Shown here: piece by piece, positions 15,822 to 53,141 of the stretch
Layout of the letters: each line of letters begins with the position of its first letter
Position numbering within the stretch: position 1 is the first letter of the stretch
NCBI GenBank assembly: GCA_033442325.1
Contig: JAWQFM010000011.1
Coordinates: 269,131-333,130 of the forward strand
Length of the DNA stretch: 64,000 bases
Source: Salpingoeca rosetta
Lineage: Eukaryota; Protista; Choanoflagellata
Reading direction: 5' to 3'
Notes under the pieces: generated by a model
Database searches by the model: none
What the model saw: only the letters and a program-made list of their open reading frames with translations
Told to the model about the DNA's origin: nothing
Translations under genes and position numbers: made by a program

Positions 15822-16072
15822 GTGTGTGGCTGTATGTCTGTTGCATATGTGTGTGTGTTTAATGACAGGAGACAAGGTTGGGAGGAGTGCCACTTTGACA
15901 GCAGACACGATAGCAGAAGCGCGCTTCACGTGGCATGCCACGAGAGGTCCATGTTACCAGTCACAATACACAAACAAATGCACAACGAATGGAGGAACAA
16001 ACTCGCACAATCACACAACGAAACAGACACGAAACATGGACGTGTGGGAGGTTGGAAGGAACAAACCCGCAA

Positions 16073-16175
<103 letters not shown>

Positions 16176-16237
16176 ACACACACACACCACACACACACAC
16201 ACTCACACTCACACACGCACACACAGACGACAGCGCA

Positions 16238-23227
<6,990 letters not shown>

Positions 23228-23695
23228 GGCTGCAATCGGCGTGCTACAAAAGACAAACTGATGTGAGTTGGTAAAGTTGTAGTGGTTGAAGAGCAGGGGG
23301 TTTTTGGGGGAAAGGGGGATGGTCTCCACTCAACTCAGCTCAGAAAAGGATGGATAACAGCTGTGGCTGACAGGGAGAGGGGGGTTGTTTGACTGGCACT
23401 GACTGCTGCGTCTGTTGCTTGCTTGCTTGCTCGTCTTCGTGTGGTCGACACAAACAAAAAAAAAAGTGCCGTGAGTTTATTTTTTTGTGTTGGCGCCTGA
23501 GGATTCGACGCTGAAATAATCGAAAGAAAATTCACCGTGCTTGTGCGAATATGGCCCTTCTTGTGCTTCTTGGGGTGAGTTGTTGACGAGAAGAAAGCGC
23601 TGCTGCTGCTGCTGGACTGCTGGTGTTGTTGTCAACAAAACAACTTGTGTGCATGGGCCTGGCAAGTGAACGCGCATCACAAACACCCACAGGGT

Positions 23696-23876
23696 TCAGT
23701 GCAGGGCAAGGACTTGCTGGTACACGACGCTGTCTTCGCCGTGGGTGAGGCGAATCACGTCCACCGCCTTCTGGATTGTCTCCAGAAACCCCCTTCCGTC
23801 CCGTGCCAGGGCCTGCAACTTGGCCACACGCAGCAGCTACCACCAACAACCAAGGCAAGGCAAGGAAATGAGACAA

Positions 23877-23913
<37 letters not shown>

Positions 23914-25864
23914 GTGTGTGTGTCTGTGTGTGTGTGTGTGTCTGTGTGTGTGTGTGTGTGTGGACATGTCAAGGTGACGCACACGTCCGCGCATGTACAC
24001 ATGCACACGTCCACGCATGTACACATGCTGTGGGCTGTGATACAAGACTGGGAACTGCACCTCAATGCCACGCAGAGGGTCCATGGGCGAGTTGAGCGCG
24101 TCATACACGAGAATGACCTTTCGCGCCCACTGCAGCGCCTGGTTTGTGGCACAACAAAGTTGGCGTAGTGAGCATAATTCGTGTGAAATGTCGTGCACAT
24201 GTGGATGCATGTGGGTTTACAGGGACACACACACACACATTTACACACACATACAAACACACACACATTCATACATACACACATTCATACATACACACAC
24301 ATTCACACACACACACACATTAACACACATACACACACACATTCGTACCTCTTGGAATTGGCCGGTGCCGATGGCCTGATCCAGGACGCCCGTGTACGCA
24401 ATGTGCATGAGGTAGTTGGTTGGAGGCAGAAGTCGCTCAAACGACGCCATATCTGCAGCCGACAGCGGCAATACATTCAAGCACGAGCGGAACTGTTGAA
24501 CTGGCATACGCGTGCACTATATCTGTGTCTGCTCCAAGCATAAACAACGCAAGTGCACACATACAACACGCAAAGCACGCACAGCAAACAAATGCAAATG
24601 CACACACCCCCTTGAACAGGCCGGCGCGCTTTGTTGGCTTCGCCAATGATCCCCAGCACTCGTTTCACCTTTCGTGACCACGAGTCAAAGGTGGCCGGGT
24701 CATCAAGGTGTCCCCGCTCACACTTTTTCCTGCACACGCGCACGACGGCAACCGCCACACGGATGAGCCGCACAGACGCTAAACGCATTCACACACACAC
24801 ACACAAGCACACACACACACACGCACACGCACACACGCACACGCACGTACGCACACATGAACACATACGCGCGCACACACACACACACAAGTACACACAC
24901 ACAAGCACATACACAAACACATGCACGCACGCAATGCGCGTCCACGCACGTGACTTCAAAGGCTGTGTCGTCGGGCGGTGCGGTGAGCTGGTACTTGATG
25001 ATCTGATCACACCCTGAGCCCGGGCAGCAGAGCGTCAGCAGGGGGTCGTCGTCACGCTCGCGCTCGCACCGTGAACACTCGCAGTCAAACATGAACTGGG
25101 ACTTGAGATGCGCCCTGCAGGCATGGTGGTGAGCCCGTGGCGTGTGAGGCGTGGTGTTTTGCTGACAGGGAGAAGGGTGGACGTGTGGCAGGAATGGGTG
25201 GCACAATGTCCTTTTGACAACTTGTTTGGCAGGTGTTTGCTAATGACAGTTGCCATGTACACACACACACTCGCACGCACACAAACCACACACGCACGTA
25301 CACACGTAAACACACACAACAGAACAAATTGCACGCACCGCCGCTTGGCGCGTGGATCGCACGGGTCGATATACGCAATGGTGAGCTCCTGGTTTGGTGG
25401 GAGGTCGTGGACAGAGCGAACGCGCGCGTACACGCCGGAGAAGGTGATGGAGCAGTTTGGGGCGCACGAGTGGTTGATGTACGACACGGTATCGTACAGG
25501 CCCACGCCAAGGTTGTTGCCCTCCACACCGGAAATGCCAAAGGAGTTGGCGCTTGTCTGCACGTGTTACAGGTCGAGGAAGCCCGCGGCAGCGGAGCAAA
25601 GGAGAGCGAGGGAGAGAGACGTGAACATGTGGACAAGTGGGCTTCAGCAGGCGCAAAACACGCACACACACACACACACACGCACTTATGCGCATGATGA
25701 AATACATACACGGATGTTTCTCTTAAACATACAGCGCGTACAATGCATGCAATTCTCTGGATGCACACTCACGATGCGCAGGACGGGGTAAGCGGACTTG
25801 AGAAGATGCTTCTCTGCATCGGGCTGGTGCGGATGTGTTTGAGTAAGTGCGAAACGGTTTAGAG

Positions 25865-25936
<72 letters not shown>

Positions 25937-27000
25937 ATGCACGCACACACACACGAATGCACGCACACACACACGCACGCACATATGAACGCACACACAC
26001 ACGCACATATGGAGGTGATACAGGACTTAAAACAGCAGAGCGAATGAAAAAGGCATGCTTCGGGTGCCAACGCTCAAAGACATGGAAGCAACATGGCACC
26101 ATCACTCAACACCACACAATGCACTGCAACACACCAGGAAATGCCGCAGGTGCTCCAGGATGGCAAAGAGGCCGCGCTGTTGCTGAGGATCAGATGGCTC
26201 TACCCATTACAGTGTGGAGGCAAATGACATGACACCACATACAATGATGAGTGGCACGTGTGCCTTTGGTGACTTGTACGTGCGTGTGTACTTAATACAG
26301 GGTTGATGCGCAAGCAACGACTCAACCTCCAATCGAGCATGACCGTCATCATGGCACGTGCAGAGCAAGTCTTCAAGACACCTTGACGACACTTTTGGGG
26401 GACGGTTAACGAGTAACGAACACCTCACCACCAGGCATGTGCAATTGCAGCACGTCCATTTCGCCCGTGTTGCGCTCCATCTTCCGCAGGATGCGTGCCA
26501 AAAACATCACAAAGGTTGCGGGAACCACCGGTGAAATCTGTTGGCCAGTCAAGGGCAACAAAGCAAGCACACACACACACACACACATGTGAGCGGGGTG
26601 AGCACGCTGCAGGGCAGCCTTTCCATTAACGCTGGTATGCATTGCGCACTCGTCTTACGCGTTTCAGCGCAGCACACTCCGGCTTGTGGTCCTTCCAATC
26701 TGCCTTTTGGCATGCTGCGGAGCAGTAGCGGAGCGCCTTGCATCCTGCACACCGCTGCAAGGGTCGCCGCAGCTGCTCGCACTGCACAAAACACGTCTGG
26801 CACACGGTTTCCATCTTCGCCTTTTCAACGACATGTGCAAAAGGCCGCTTGCCCTTGATCACATCTGTCCCCTTCCTCAGCCTCTCCCCATCCAGCGCTT
26901 CCTCACCACTCTTCTCATCCCCACCCTTTGTCTCCTTTGTCGTCTTCTTCTTCACCCAGAAGGACCCTCTCCCGTGCACTGTCTTGCGCACACCCAGCAT
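23696..27000 (-). CDS. SMYD-family SET/MYND lysine methyltransferase
   Basis: HGRG; MYND finger CQTCF...RCAGCKALRYCSAACQKADWKDHKPEC; SET motifs NSFGI...GLYDTVSYINHSCAPNC and ELTIAYID; post-SET FDCECSRC; TPR-like tail ending IRLTHGEDSVVYQQVLALH*. Confidence 0.93.
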
Positions 27001-27645
27001 CGTTGTTGTTGTTGTTGTGTGTCTTTGTGTGGTCGTGGTGGTGTGTGCGTTCTCAACTTCCACCACCTCTCACTGCCTGCAGCGCAGTTTGCCGAAAATA
27101 CGTGAATGATGTACATAAATTCACAACGCAAACAAAAACAAAAACAGCACACAACCAACAAGCGAACCACAGCAGACACAGCGACACCAGCAACCAATCT
27201 CACCACCTCTCCTCTCGACTTGCTTCTTGACTTGGAGGAACGGTTTGTATTCATCGCCTTTGCTCTGCGCTGTGCTTGCGTGCATATCAGGTACGAGTAG
27301 CAAGAAGTCGCACCACAGACAGACCGTGGCTTTGTGCATGGCCCTTTCTTTCGCACCTGTGCCGTTTTGTGGTGCCGTGGCTCTTCTTGTTGCGTGGACG
27401 CAAGAGAAGATCCCCAAACAGACAGTTTTCAGCAGACACCACCACCACCACACCGTATTGGCACGGCACTGCTTGCTGCACTTGTTTTGGTTTGGAGTTT
27501 GGTCAAGTGCACCCGCTCATGGCACCAGCCTTGTGCCTGTTTGCTTCGATCGGTTGCCACACCTGGGCTTGTTACGTGCGCAGGTACGCCTCCGTAAGGA
27601 GAACCAAGCGCAAGAGCGCAAGAGGGACTCGGCCTCCTTCCAGCC

Positions 27646-40912
<13,267 letters not shown>

Positions 40913-41068
40913 TGCTCGCTGGCAGAATTGCCCTGCTGCGTCTGTCTGTCTGTCTGTCTATGTCTGTCTGTCTGTCTGTCTGTCTCCAACGTCATTGCCA
41001 TACCCAACACACCCACATGTCCATTTTGTTCTTCAAGCACACACACACGCGCATTCTGCTGCAAGTGG

Positions 41069-45182
<4,114 letters not shown>

Positions 45183-45612
45183 CTTCGTGTTTGCTGCTGT
45201 CTTTTGCTGCTGTTGTTGAAAATGAATTTTCACTGTCGCTTTATTTTTGTTGTTTCAAGGAACCCACAAGTGTGCAAACTGGATCAATTTTATCATATGT
45301 TCCCAGCACCTTATCGTAGAGACAAGTCTGCGCCACTTGCATAGCGAGTAAGTCCCTCGCCTTTTACTAGAGACTGCACAGTTTAGCGTCAACTCTCGTC
45401 AGTTGCCTCGCATTCCGTGCCAGTGGTGCAAGTAGACAATACTCTTTATTTTTGGAGCCCCTTCAGCGGGGAAACAAGGTCTCTTCCTTTCCTTCTCAAT
45501 CTCAAAGAAAAAGAAACGTACCACAACACTCCACATACAACCTCACTCACACCTCACGTCATATCGCTGCACGCGTGATCCCACCTCGCTGCTCCTGCAC
45601 AGTCTGACTGCG

Positions 45613-45772
45613 ATGCTGGTGGATGAATTTGCGTTGCGCCATGGCGTTTACGCGACTCTGATGTACTTCGTTCTCTACTTTGCGCTGCTGTTGAACCAGT
45701 CGTTCACTGGAAGGCGCCTTGCCATCAAGTACCGCAAGCTCAAGAAACCCTTCTCAAAGTCAGTGCGCGCGC

Positions 45773-45804
<32 letters not shown>

Positions 45805-45877
45805 CTGCATGTCTGTGACACTGCCTCTTCTTGTGCGCATCCACCAGTGTCAGCCCGAGGACGCCCACCCACTTCCT

Positions 45878-45933
<56 letters not shown>

Positions 45934-45943
45934 CCTACCACCA

Positions 45944-45975
<32 letters not shown>

Positions 45976-46579
45976 NNNNNNNNNNNNNNNNNNNNNNNNN
46001 NNNNNNNNNNNNNNNNNNNNNNNNNNNNNNNNNNNNNNNNNNNNNNNNNNNNNNNNNNNNNNNNNNNNNNNNNNNNNNNNNNNNNNNNNNNNNNNNNNNN
46101 NNNNNNNNNNNNNNNNNNNNNNNNNNNNNNNNNNNNNNNNNNNNNNNNNNNNNNNNNNNNNNNNNNNNNNNNNNNNNNNNNNNNNNNNNNNNNNNNNNNN
46201 NNNNNNNNNNNNNNNNNNNNNNNNNNNNNNNNNNNNNNNNNNNNNNNNNNNNNNNNNNNNNNNNNNNNNNNNNNNNNNNNNNNNNNNNNNNNNNNNNNNN
46301 NNNNNNNNNNNNNNNNNNNNNNNNNNNNNNNNNNNNNNNNNNNNNNNNNNNNNNNNNNNNNNNNNNNNNNNNNNNNNNNNNNNNNNNNNNNNNNNNNNNN
46401 NNNNNNNNNNNNNNNNNNNNNNNNNNNNNNNNNNNNNNNNNNNNNNNNNNNNNNNNNNNNNNNNNNNNNNNNNNNNNNNNNNNNNNNNNNNNNNNNNNNN
46501 NNNNNNNNNNNNNNNNNNNNNNNNNNNNNNNNNNNNNNNNNNNNNNNNNNNNNNNNNNNNNNNNNNNNNNNNNNNNNNN

Positions 46580-46625
<46 letters not shown>

Positions 46626-47016
46626 ACACACTCACACACACACACACAATACACACTCACACAACACGTGCGCACACACACACTTTCTCCCTAGGTACTA
46701 CAATGTGACGGATCGAGAGTTGTTGCGCGCGGATCGCGCAGTGGGCAACACGCTGGAGCAGATGCCAGTGTTCCTGACGCTGTATTGGCTGGCCATCTTC
46801 GCCAGCTCTATCAAGAACACTGGAACTGGCACACCCTCTTCTGTCGCCCTCAGCGGCTACGTGTATGTGCTGGGGCGCCTCCTGTACCTGCCACTGTGGC
46901 TCATCTCAGGCAGCTCCCCGCGCGGCCTCCACCCGATGGTGCTCATCTCCACAGTGCCCTGCTACCTCGTGCAAATCTTCTGCGCCCTGGCCCTCTTCAA
47001 CGCAGTGCAGCAGTGA
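45613..47016 (+). CDS. MAPEG-superfamily membrane protein; exons 45613-45758 and 46695-47016
   Basis: Hydrophobic helices; RADRAVGNTLEQMPVFL matches the R..RA..N..E..P.F motif; GYVYVLGRLLY. The phase-2 intron is compatible at both ends. Confidence 0.8.
45976..46579. other. Assembly gap (N run) within a (CA)n tract of the MAPEG intron
   Basis: N characters. Confidence 1.
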
Positions 47017-47408
47017 CCTCGCCCCCCCCCCCTCGCACCCCACACAACTGCAGCCCTGTCGTCCCAGTCGTCTTATGCTGTTCCTTTCACCCTTGTTGTG
47101 CTGCCGCAGTGATTCTCGACTCCAACTGTAGTGCTCTTGGCTCCTGCTACAGTGGTTCCTTGACTCTTGTTGTAGAACAGGTGGGAGTAAATTGACGCTA
47201 CGCAGGTTCATGTAATGTAACAGCAAAGCGAGTGATGTCCAAGCTGGCGAAAGCACTGAAACAACACATCTACACCCCAACATGAAAGCCACTAGCGACA
47301 ACTCAAGGACACACTAGCCTTCGTTCGATGTCATGCTGTTGCATGAGACCAAACACACACTGCGCAAACCGCAGCCACTAAAGAGCAAGAAAGCGACAAT
47401 CTAGCGAG

Positions 47409-48526
47409 CTAGTAGGTGCAGTTAAATGGCGACAGTAGGGAGGGGTGCTGTGACATGTCGGTGTAAAACGAGGGGTAGAGGCGAGCGCGCGTGACATGCC
47501 ACAGCGCTTGCACGCGTGTACGCAGCTCCCCATCTGTAATCTCACTGTCCATCCGCTGCAACCAGGCGCGGTACAGTGCAGCGTATCCAAAGTGCTCCAG
47601 CAGCGGCAGGCTGGCCGTGTGGCGCAGGGCGGCCTCGATATCCGACCGTGCATACTGCGCCCATGCCATGGCAAAGTGCTCCTCAGAGGCACGGGACTTG
47701 TCCTTCGGGCGCGGCCGTAACCGCGGCTGGTCCAGTGCAAAGCACACGTCTGCCCCAGACAGCCGTCGTGCCGTCCACAGCCCGCTCTGCTCCAGGATGA
47801 ACCCAAGCAGCGGCTCCCGCAGCGCCACCATGTCTTCAAACCGGTACATGATCTTCCTGCTCCCCCTTTGGTTTGTTGGGGTGTTGTGGTTGTGTGTGTG
47901 TGTGTGTGAGGGGGGGGGGAGAGCACTTGCGGTTTCACCAAAGAGCGCGTTCGTGGGGCTGCAGTCAAAGAGAGAAAAAACACATACACACACACACACA
48001 TAAACACACGCACATACACACACACGCACACACACACACGCACGCACGCACGCATACACACACACATACACACACATACACACACGCACATACACACACG
48101 CACACACACACACACACGCACACACACACACACTAACATCGTATTTAAAAAACTGATAGTGGCCCTATCTAGTCGTGTTTGCGATCGAGTCAACAGCAGG
48201 TTTAGGTGACCCCAGGGGGCGATGTATGAGGTAAAACCAGTATGCTACACCTATGATATAGCGTGGTGCATAGTGAGGTAACCATCAGGCCGGAATAGTA
48301 CTGCATAGCCGAGTTAGGATGCCGTCATATGTGGCGGGTATGACACTGTTCTCAGAAAAACTGTTGGCGAACCGGCCTATCCCATCTTGAGCTTAGTGAC
48401 GCGTAGAGCTCACTCAGGACAGACTGCGTTGGAAGGACAACGTAAGTCCCATTCTAGCTCGCTCTCCTTCCACACGCCACGGTGTCAAGCCACCTACTCG
48501 TATGGTGTGCGTGTGTGTGTCGTGTG

Positions 48527-48590
<64 letters not shown>

Positions 48591-50317
48591 ATCTTTCAGG
48601 TACAACGCACGCACGCTGGAGGTTCTGTCCAGCTCACACTTTCTCCCGTCATCAACCTTCTCTCCCAACCATGTGCTCACCAGTGGGTTGCGAATGGGCA
48701 GCAGAAGCACTGCACCAACACCGGCATCGGAGATGAGCACGCCTTGCTCCGCGTGCCGACTCGACAGGAACGGTGCGTGCGTCTTCACTAAGCGCATGAC
48801 CCTGTGAACAAGCGCAAAATCAAGGGGATGTGTGCACGACATACTTGTGAACGGAGACACAAGCACGTGCAAGCACCAACACAAGCACACACACAAACAC
48901 ACACACACACACATGGAAATACACCGCCTTCCCTCCTCCTCTCTGTTACGTTCACCAACCCTGGCTGTGGCAGTGATACACGGGTGCAATAGTTGCTTCT
49001 GCCGCAAGGATAACCGTACACATCTGAACCAGGGATGTGGTCTGCATGGATTTCCTCATCTTCGCCAACGCCGTTGAGCGGCGCCTTGTACCTGCGCAGC
49101 AGACAACAATCAGTGCAGGTTGTGAACACTCTCATCAAAAACATGACAGCATGCCAGATGAACAGTCGCAAAGAGCAAGCATGACACAGCAGCCGTCTCA
49201 CAAGCACCACACACACACACACACGCACAACGCACACACAACGCACACACAACGCGCGCACACACAACAGCACCACACACCACACACCACACAACAACAC
49301 AAACTACACAATACACTCACCCTTCAGGAAATACGGTCTCCGTGGCCAGGCCACACGAGAGCTCCAATAGCTGGCGCATCCAGCTGTTCCCGGAGCGTGG
49401 GATGGATGCCAAGATCAACCGGGGTGCGGTGATCTCCGCAAGCAGCTCTGACGGTACGGCCTCGCATTCGCACTCCTGGCAGCCTGCCGGCAGCCTATCA
49501 ATCCACAAACAGAGGCGCAATCGCAAGCATGAGCACAGGGGTTGTGGCAGTGGTGGTCGTGGTCGTGGTGGTGGTGGTGATGATGATGATGATGATGAGA
49601 GCAGGAGGCACATCAACCGCAACAAGCGTGCATGCATGCACACACACACATTTGTGCATACATATCGCACAACAACCGCACGTTCAATCATCCTTACAAA
49701 CACACATACACACACGCACAACAACCGCACGTTCACCCATCCTACAGGCACACACACACACATAGACACGCACGCACACACCTGTCGAGTGGAGTGCTGC
49801 CGACGTCCATGTTGCCAGCGCCACAGAACGCCGTCGCCTTTGAGGGTCCTCGGAGGACACAGGCGTGCAGCGCCTCGCACACACACACGAACTCGCCCGT
49901 CACAGGGTCCACGACGGTCTGCGTGTGCTCCTTGGCCTGGCAGGCCAGCGCAGATGCCACTGGCGTTGGTGGCGTCAGTATCAGGTACACAAAGGCAATG
50001 GCCAACGCCATGCCACCGGCAACGCGCGCCGCTGCCATTACGAGTGTGCTTGCCGCTGAAAGTTCCCCACGACGGTCACCACCACGGACCGGCTCTTCTG
50101 TTGGGTGCTGCAGTCGTGAGTGTGAGTGCAACCGTGATCTTGCGCCGATGCGCGATGTGCTTCTCCTCGATTCCCCTGCCCGTGCTTCTTCCTCCACAAC
50201 ATTCGCCTGTGATGCTGTTGGTGCTGTTGGTGCTGTTGGTGCCGTTCCTTGTGTTGCTGGCGTATGCGTTTTGTTCATTCCTCTCTCACTTCCACTCGTC
50301 TCTTCTGCTGCGAACAT
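47409..50317 (-). CDS. Type II membrane sulfotransferase (WSCD-like PAPS-binding domain)
   Basis: N-terminal TM ([16 protein letters not shown]), Cys-rich stem, 5'-PSB motif [26 protein letters not shown], 3'-PB motif [17 protein letters not shown] and LLEHFGY. Confidence 0.8.
48136..48508 (+). other. Compositionally alien, self-complementary insert within the sulfotransferase gene (candidate structured RNA)
   Basis: High-complexity segment between CA and GT microsatellites, with paired ends and many nested hairpins. Confidence 0.5.
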
Positions 50318-50470
50318 GTGGTGCTGCCCTGTTCACCGCCCTTCGCACCATCCCACAAGCACACCACAAGCACACCACAAGCACACCACCCGCAACGGAC
50401 GCAGCGCCGTTTTTCCGTTGTGCGCGGAAGGACGAAAGGCAATTTTGCCTTTGTGTTGTCGAACAGAATA

Positions 50471-50573
50471 ATGAGCAGGAAGCGAATGAAGGGTGATGAT
50501 GATGGTGGTGGTGACGGTGGTGACGGTGGTGGTGGCAACTACAGCGGGAATGCACGACCAACCGGACGAGAGC

Positions 50574-50608
<35 letters not shown>

Positions 50609-50684
50609 CCACAACAACCACAACAACTACAACAACAACAACAACAACAACTTAAACAACAACAACAACAACAACAACAACAGC

Positions 50685-50769
<85 letters not shown>

Positions 50770-51437
50770 GCGAGAAGCATTGTTCTTGAAGGAACCACAC
50801 AAGCACCGGTGGTCGTTGATGCTGTATGGATTGACGCTGCACCTGTGCTCAACCACGTTTGTGAAGATTGTGCAGCTGTATGTGATCAACTCGTTGAATC
50901 GCACGCCGGAGGAGTACGCGAGCCAGATCTTCAGCCTGCGGTACTGGGCAATCTTCGCGTGCGTCACCGTCGTCAGCCCGTTCGGCTCCATGTTTGCCGC
51001 TGCGCGTGTCCTGCGCTGGGCAGGCCCTGTCACCGCCGTGATCGCCGCCTGCATGGCGTTTGCGCCGTACACGCTGTTCCGCTACCTGAGCGCTGCTGGC
51101 GGCGCGTCGTCGTCCGTGGCAATGGTGTTCCTCAACGCCCTCATCCAGCGCGCCTCGTACGGGAACACAGACATCAAGGTGCGCCTCAACATGGAGTACC
51201 GCATCTTGGCTGCAACGTGCGAGGTCTTCTTCCCTTGGTTCGTGACGAGCGTGCTCGTCCCACTCTTGTCACCGGCCGGCTACCCTGCGGCATTCCTCTT
51301 CTCTGGAATGGCCATGGCGCTCTCCTCGCTCCTGCTTGATCGCCGCTTCGAGCTGCTGCACACGCCAACCACAAGCCCTGACACGGACAAGGCTGCGAGC
51401 AGTTCGGGCAGCAGCAGCAGCAGCAGTGACGACGACG

Positions 51438-51504
<67 letters not shown>

Positions 51505-52291
51505 GGGCAGGGGCGGTTTGGGCAGCAGCAGTGATGACAGAAGCACTCTTAGCACAGGCAGTGCCAGGGCTGGTACCACCATGGCTACAAACAGCAGCAG
51601 CAGCAACAGCAGCAACAGCAGCAGCAGCAATAAAAGTGGCCTGTCATGGTGGCGGCGGGGTGTCTCGGGCATCGACACGCTTGTGTCGCCGTTTCGCGTC
51701 GTGCTGACAACACCATCAGCCATCTTCACGCTCCTGTGCATGCACAGCATGATGCTGCCGACCCACGGCGTGGACACGTTTGCCATGAGCCAGTTCAAGG
51801 CGCTGGGGGCAACGCCGTCTTTTGTCGGCCGCACGCTTGCCGTGGCTGCCAGCGTGGGCATTGGTGCGCTTGCTGCGGCCCAGCACGTCGTGCCGTGGCT
51901 CTCGGCGCCGATTGCGCTGTCCCTCATCCGCTTCACCAGCGGCCTCGCCATGTTCGGCATGGGCAGCGCTGCCACGCCGCTCCAGTTTGCAGGCCTGTAT
52001 GTCTTGCACACGGTGGTGGGGAAGGTTGCCCCCGTCACCAACTCCATGTGGCTCTCACTGGCTGTGCCACAGGCCTGCCTGCCCTCGATGTTTGCTGTTG
52101 AGAAGGCAACTGGCACCGCGCTGCGTGCCTTGCTCAGCATTGTCTTTGCCTGGCTTGTGGCGCGCGTGGGCATCCCCAGCCTCCTTCGTGGCTGCTCCCT
52201 CTGGCTCCTCGCCGTCTGCCCCATATGCATTGCCCTCATCATCATCGCCAACCGCAGACACAAGGCCAGCAGCAAGCCCAAGACTGCTTGA
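50471..52291 (+). CDS. Intronless MFS-type transporter (about 12 TM) with N-terminal polyQ and central polyN/S loop
   Basis: Uninterrupted ORF of about 606 aa from MSRKRMKG, with two bundles of about 6 hydrophobic helices separated by a low-complexity loop. Confidence 0.75.
50572..50770 (+). repeat. (CAA)n coding repeat (polyQ of about 65 residues)
   Basis: Direct; a second (AAC)n tract at about 51439-51503 is read as polyN. Confidence 0.95.
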
Positions 52292-52317
52292 GCGCGCTTG
52301 TCTGTGGAAGGGGGGAC

Positions 52318-52930
<613 letters not shown>

Positions 52931-53141
52931 GTCTGTGTCTGTGTGTGTGTGTGTGCCTGTGTCTGTGTGTGGGTCTGCACCTGCACTGTGTTGTGTCGTC
53001 GCGCGGTAGCCGATGTCACAGCCGCATCTGGTTTCGTGCTTGTCGTACACATCCTGACGAAAACAAGAAAACAGACCACCACCAAGAAAGCAAAAAGCAA
53101 GCAAGCAAAATAATTTTTTCACGCGCAGTGGGGCTGGTGAG

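Noticed and set aside
26210-26420. SMYD intron with an ATGATGA C-box-like word and some helices
   Set aside because: No downstream CTGA D box on the sense strand; the helices are mutually crossing and within chance expectation.
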